Source: a virus (taxonomy: Duplodnaviria > Caudoviricetes). Taken from it: a stretch of DNA of 48,059 nucleotides. Under the pieces are notes generated by a model. It was not told the DNA's origin and ran no database searches. It saw nothing but the letters and a program-made list of their open reading frames with translations. This document shows, one piece after another, positions 44,941-48,059 of the stretch. The translations under genes and the position numbers were made by a program. The DNA lies in IMG/VR virus record IMGVR_UViG_3300026270_000009, positions 1 through 48,059 of that record; one strand, written 5' to 3'. The stretch's first letter is position 1. Each line of letters starts with the position of its first letter.

Positions 44941-45672
44941 TTACCAATCTTCACCCATTCCAGAGGTGACCAGCTCTTTGTCAGCACCGAGAGCATCGCG
45001 CTTCATAGGAGGAAGGCCGCAGATCTTTGACTCAGCAGGTTTACCGGCGAAAGGATCAGCGCCATCGAAGAGGGCTGGGAGCCAGATGCCATCCTTTGCG
45101 GCTGACCACTTCTCCTCGAAGGCCGCAGTGGGTTTCTTCAAGGTGGGTGTCACGTTCCAGGTGGTGTCCTTCTTCTCCCCTTTGCGTTTAACGGTCAGGG
45201 TGAAGTTGGCGCAACCACTATCCAGGGAGGTGTAGTCCTCCATGTCCAGAATGGATTCGATCTGCTCGCGCACTCCTTTCTGAAGTGCAGTGACGCAGAC
45301 CCAGTCCTTGCGATCCGGGAAGTAGGCAACCATCGAGAGGAAGTACTTCGGCTTGTCCTTGTACTTGTTCTCAGCTTTAAGAGCTTCGATGTCCTCAGGG
45401 CTGCTTGCGTTCTTACCGGCCCAGGTCAGACCGATGTCGGACTCAAAGTCCCTTGGGAACTTGGTGAATCGCTTTACGCGACCCTCCATGGTGAAGTACT
45501 GCCAGCCAGCAACAACGTGACCGGTGTCGAAGGTGCCGCAGGGCCTGAAGGAGATTGACTCTCCATCACCTAGGTATCTGCCGGCGAACTCCCAGTACTT
45601 GGGATTGACTTCGCCTTTGCCGCCACCGCTATCAGCAGAAGCGGACTTGTAGTCATCAGGAAAGAAGCCCAT
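44941..45672 (-). CDS. Phage-type single-stranded DNA-binding/annealing protein
   Basis: L.DGE...FR, KRKGEKKDT.W.V.P, LPALFDGADPF; acidic aromatic C-terminus. Confidence 0.6.
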   Translation of the reverse strand: MGFFPDDYKSASADSGGGKGEVNPKYWEFAGRYLGDGESISFRPCGTFDTGHVVAGWQYFTMEGRVKRFTKFPRDFESDIGLTWAGKNASSPEDIEALKAENKYKDKPKYFLSMVAYFPDRKDWVCVTALQKGVREQIESILDMEDYTSLDSGCANFTLTVKRKGEKKDTTWNVTPTLKKPTAAFEEKWSAAKDGIWLPALFDGADPFAGKPAESKICGLPPMKRDALGADKELVTSGMGEDW

Positions 45673-46340
45673 CAGTCGTTCCAGTTAAAAGGCATGTCGT
45701 TGTTGGAGGGCTGCTCGAAGTCCTCCTGGTCGTAACCAGCAGCGGAGGTCCCAGCGGCAGGGTTGGAGAGGCCACCCTTTGCTTTGTTATGGACCCGCAC
45801 ATTGCGGCACTTGACCTCTAGATAGGGGTTGCCATCTCGGTTCTTGCGTTGCTCTAGGCACCCATGAGCTGAAACCAATGACCCCTTAGGTGCATTGATC
45901 AGCTTGTCTTTGGAGTAGCCGTAGCCACGCAGTCGGAACCAATCGGTGTGCTCATCGCGTCCGATGTATCGGTTCACGGCCAATGATCGAGATGCGGACT
46001 TCTGGGTCTCAGTGACCTTGCTCTCCTTAGAGAGACGTCCGATCAGGACAACCTCGTTAACGAACTGATCCTCGTGGGCATCACAAAGCATGTGCCCTGT
46101 GACCACGGGAAAGTTGCCTGGGTCATCTTCTAGCGACAGATCGCCAGAGATAATTAGTCGAGCTCCGTTTGCCTTGGTAGCAAAGACCTGTGCAACCTTT
46201 GAACCATTGCGGAACCTCAGTAAAAGGTTCACCGGTTCAGGTGCTGTGGTGTTTGCAGTGCACTCCCAAACCTCTTTATCGCGAGCGATAGCAAGAGCAG
46301 GAGCGGCAGCCAAGGCAACGGCAAGAGTGCAGTAAGCCAA
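45672..46340 (-). CDS. ssb: Single-stranded DNA-binding protein with tandem OB folds
   Basis: VNEVVLIGRL, SLAVNR, TDWF, KGSLV..G.L; tail DMPF; preceding degenerate OB fold. Confidence 0.8.
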   Translation of the reverse strand: MAYCTLAVALAAAPALAIARDKEVWECTANTTAPEPVNLLLRFRNGSKVAQVFATKANGARLIISGDLSLEDDPGNFPVVTGHMLCDAHEDQFVNEVVLIGRLSKESKVTETQKSASRSLAVNRYIGRDEHTDWFRLRGYGYSKDKLINAPKGSLVSAHGCLEQRKNRDGNPYLEVKCRNVRVHNKAKGGLSNPAAGTSAAGYDQEDFEQPSNNDMPFNWND

Positions 46341-46373
46341 AGTTCAGCTGCGGAACGGACAGAACGTATCGAC

Positions 46374-47009
46374 TTAGCAAGACTTGTCTATGTTCGTGCA
46401 TGACATGGCATATTCCTTTAACCATTCCGGTACAGAAGGTATCTTTTCTGCCGATTGAGGCATCACCAACACAACGATATTGGACTCGTCGGTTTGTATT
46501 CGAAGCGGTCCACCGTCAAATGCAGAGAGAACAACAGATTCACTGAGTCCTGATAAACCTTTGAGAGCTCTCTCGACATATCGGGATTCGTAGCGCCCTG
46601 CTGTTGCGCTGACTTGGGGTGAGTTGCCCCACCGTTGCAAGCAATGACTGATGGCCTTCGCGAGTGGCGGGAACTCGCTGATGCTGCGGCTAACTCTGGT
46701 TTCTTTCTTCTCGCTGGTGGTCTTTCGATACGTGGTGATGACAGCGTTATCTTCTTCCACCCTGAGTTCTCGATCGGCGGTTTTGATGCCTCGGCACAAA
46801 CGCATCAACTCTGGATCAGGAAGAAGACGAATGGTCTCGTCAGTCTTCCCACCAGGGTCGTGAGCCAAGCAAGCAATGCTGCCTTTGTCGGTTGATGCGA
46901 TGAAGACACCACCCTTGGGGGCTGGACTGATCTCGACCGCTTGATAGGGAGCGAACTTCCCTGTGAATTCAGCCGCTATGGCAACTAGAGCCGAGTGACA
47001 CTGCAGCAT
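46374..47009 (-). CDS. Divergent beta-sliding-clamp-like protein
   Basis: VFIASTDKG, EFPPL, GPLRI...VLVMP resemble DnaN domains II-III. Confidence 0.55.
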   Translation of the reverse strand: MLQCHSALVAIAAEFTGKFAPYQAVEISPAPKGGVFIASTDKGSIACLAHDPGGKTDETIRLLPDPELMRLCRGIKTADRELRVEEDNAVITTYRKTTSEKKETRVSRSISEFPPLAKAISHCLQRWGNSPQVSATAGRYESRYVERALKGLSGLSESVVLSAFDGGPLRIQTDESNIVVLVMPQSAEKIPSVPEWLKEYAMSCTNIDKSC

Positions 47010-47208
47010 TGTCTGACTGCTCTTGCAGGTTGCATGATCCAGCCAACGTAGTCATGTTGCCAAGCCAGCGCCACCTATAGGGCATGCGGCATTGCTGAAG
47101 CCTGGCATTTGCGTATTCCATCTCGTCATCAGCAAGCATTGGCCGCCACTTCACATCAAGCGGCACACGCTTAACTGTGTGCACGAGGATTGCTCTTCTC
47201 CTGTCCAT
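46969..47208 (-). CDS. Hypothetical protein
   Basis: YANARL....PYRWRW. Confidence 0.5.
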   Translation of the reverse strand: MDRRRAILVHTVKRVPLDVKWRPMLADDEMEYANARLQQCRMPYRWRWLGNMTTLAGSCNLQEQSDNAAVSLGSSCHSG

Positions 47209-47300
47209 ATCAATTGCATCGGCCTTACAAGCTAGGCAGAGAAATGCAGTTGAAATTGTTACTCCCGATAGAGCTTTAATAGAATACTGGCAAACAAAAG

Positions 47301-47621
47301 TCAGCCGACTTTGTCTGCCAGGGTGCCGTCTTGTCGGAAGAGCTTCTCATTCTTTTTTGCATCCTGAGCATTCCACTTGTCTCTCTGGCAATTGCCTCGG
47401 GCGTAATGATGCTCCTGCAAGCGGACGAATTTGAGTTTGGCGACAATTACAAAGACCTCGTCAGAGTCCTGAGCGTGCACCGTAAACTGCATATCGTTTT
47501 CCTCCAACGCCTCAAGGAGCTGCGGAGTCGCTGAGATCCTCTGGGTTTCATGCATGAAATTGCCTTCGATCTCAGGATTAGCAGCGTTGAACTTGAAGCG
47601 TTGGTAGTAGTAGCCCATCAA
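47301..47621 (-). CDS. Hypothetical protein
   Basis: 106-aa ORF coupled to upstream gene. Confidence 0.6.
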   Translation of the reverse strand: MMGYYYQRFKFNAANPEIEGNFMHETQRISATPQLLEALEENDMQFTVHAQDSDEVFVIVAKLKFVRLQEHHYARGNCQRDKWNAQDAKKNEKLFRQDGTLADKVG

Positions 47622-47959
47622 GCAGAGTCCTTGTGTCTGTAGGAGAACCAGTCGTCAAAAATTTGACGCCAATCACTAATAGTTGCCGTGTAGCCAATCT
47701 CTTTTTCTAGGGCGACAATAGATGCCGGTTTGTTGATCCCAGCAAACATAAGGTCAACCCAAAGATTGTTGATCGTATGCCTGTCACCGTGAAGTGAACC
47801 TTGGATAACAGGGCTTGCCTGCGTTGTAATCGAGGCTGACTGGAACCCCAGCACTGACAAAATCCCGGAGGACATCCGGGCTAGTAACGACCGTTTGCGG
47901 CGGGATGCCTGACCTGGGGCTTGTGCGGATGGTGACTGTGGGTTCCATGTGAGTGCCAT
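47618..47959 (-). CDS. Hypothetical protein
   Basis: 113-aa ORF. Confidence 0.6.
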   Translation of the reverse strand: MALTWNPQSPSAQAPGQASRRKRSLLARMSSGILSVLGFQSASITTQASPVIQGSLHGDRHTINNLWVDLMFAGINKPASIVALEKEIGYTATISDWRQIFDDWFSYRHKDSA

Positions 47960-48059
47960 GTCTTGCGAAGTTTACGAATGGTACGAGAGTTTGTCTACTG
48001 AGCAAAGCTCTTGGCATGCGTCTTTCCATACCCAACGAACTGACCAAGCTTGGTGCGGA

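Larger units (their letters stand above)
1..48059. mobile_element. Temperate cyanophage genome segment (non-integrated form, attP intact)
   Basis: Capsid, fibre, lysis, integrase, repressor and primase-helicase genes throughout; no host housekeeping operons; phage genes flank both sides of the att core. Confidence 0.93.

Noticed and set aside
1-48059. CRISPR array, rRNA, IS elements and the many nested or antisense ORFs in the track
   Set aside because: No spaced repeat array or transposase seen; nested ORFs are shadows of longer coupled genes

Overview
The whole window is an internal segment of a dsDNA tailed phage, almost certainly a temperate cyanophage of a picocyanobacterial host. Host evidence: plant-type ferredoxin, cyanobacterial-type ThyX and DUF3288, two NblA-like genes, and an attP matching the 3' half of a cyanobacterial-type tRNA-Pro(GGG). 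Layout: 1-17.2 kb virion module (major capsid, adaptor, low-complexity putative internal proteins, fibre proteins, four glycine-rich adhesins as a duplicated A-B pair; no tape measure, sheath or tube recognised). 17.2-20.7 kb envelope-targeted module with petF inserted. 21-24.6 kb small proteins. 24.7-26.9 kb intact attP, integrase, excisionase-like gene and an outer-membrane beta-barrel. 27-37.4 kb lysis, host-takeover and nucleotide genes, including three apparent pseudo-enzymes. 37.5-48 kb primase-helicase, XRE repressor, exonuclease, SSBs and clamp-like gene. Most novel candidates: a family of otherwise divergent proteins sharing a C-terminal GPVV-x(25-33)-YYxxRF tag, five adjacent proteins sharing an N-terminal RxAG tag, a five-gene envelope module with a half-TolC-like subunit lacking a usable start codon, and a ~350-nt structured noncoding region with terminator. 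All family assignments are by-eye motif recognition; no searches were run.
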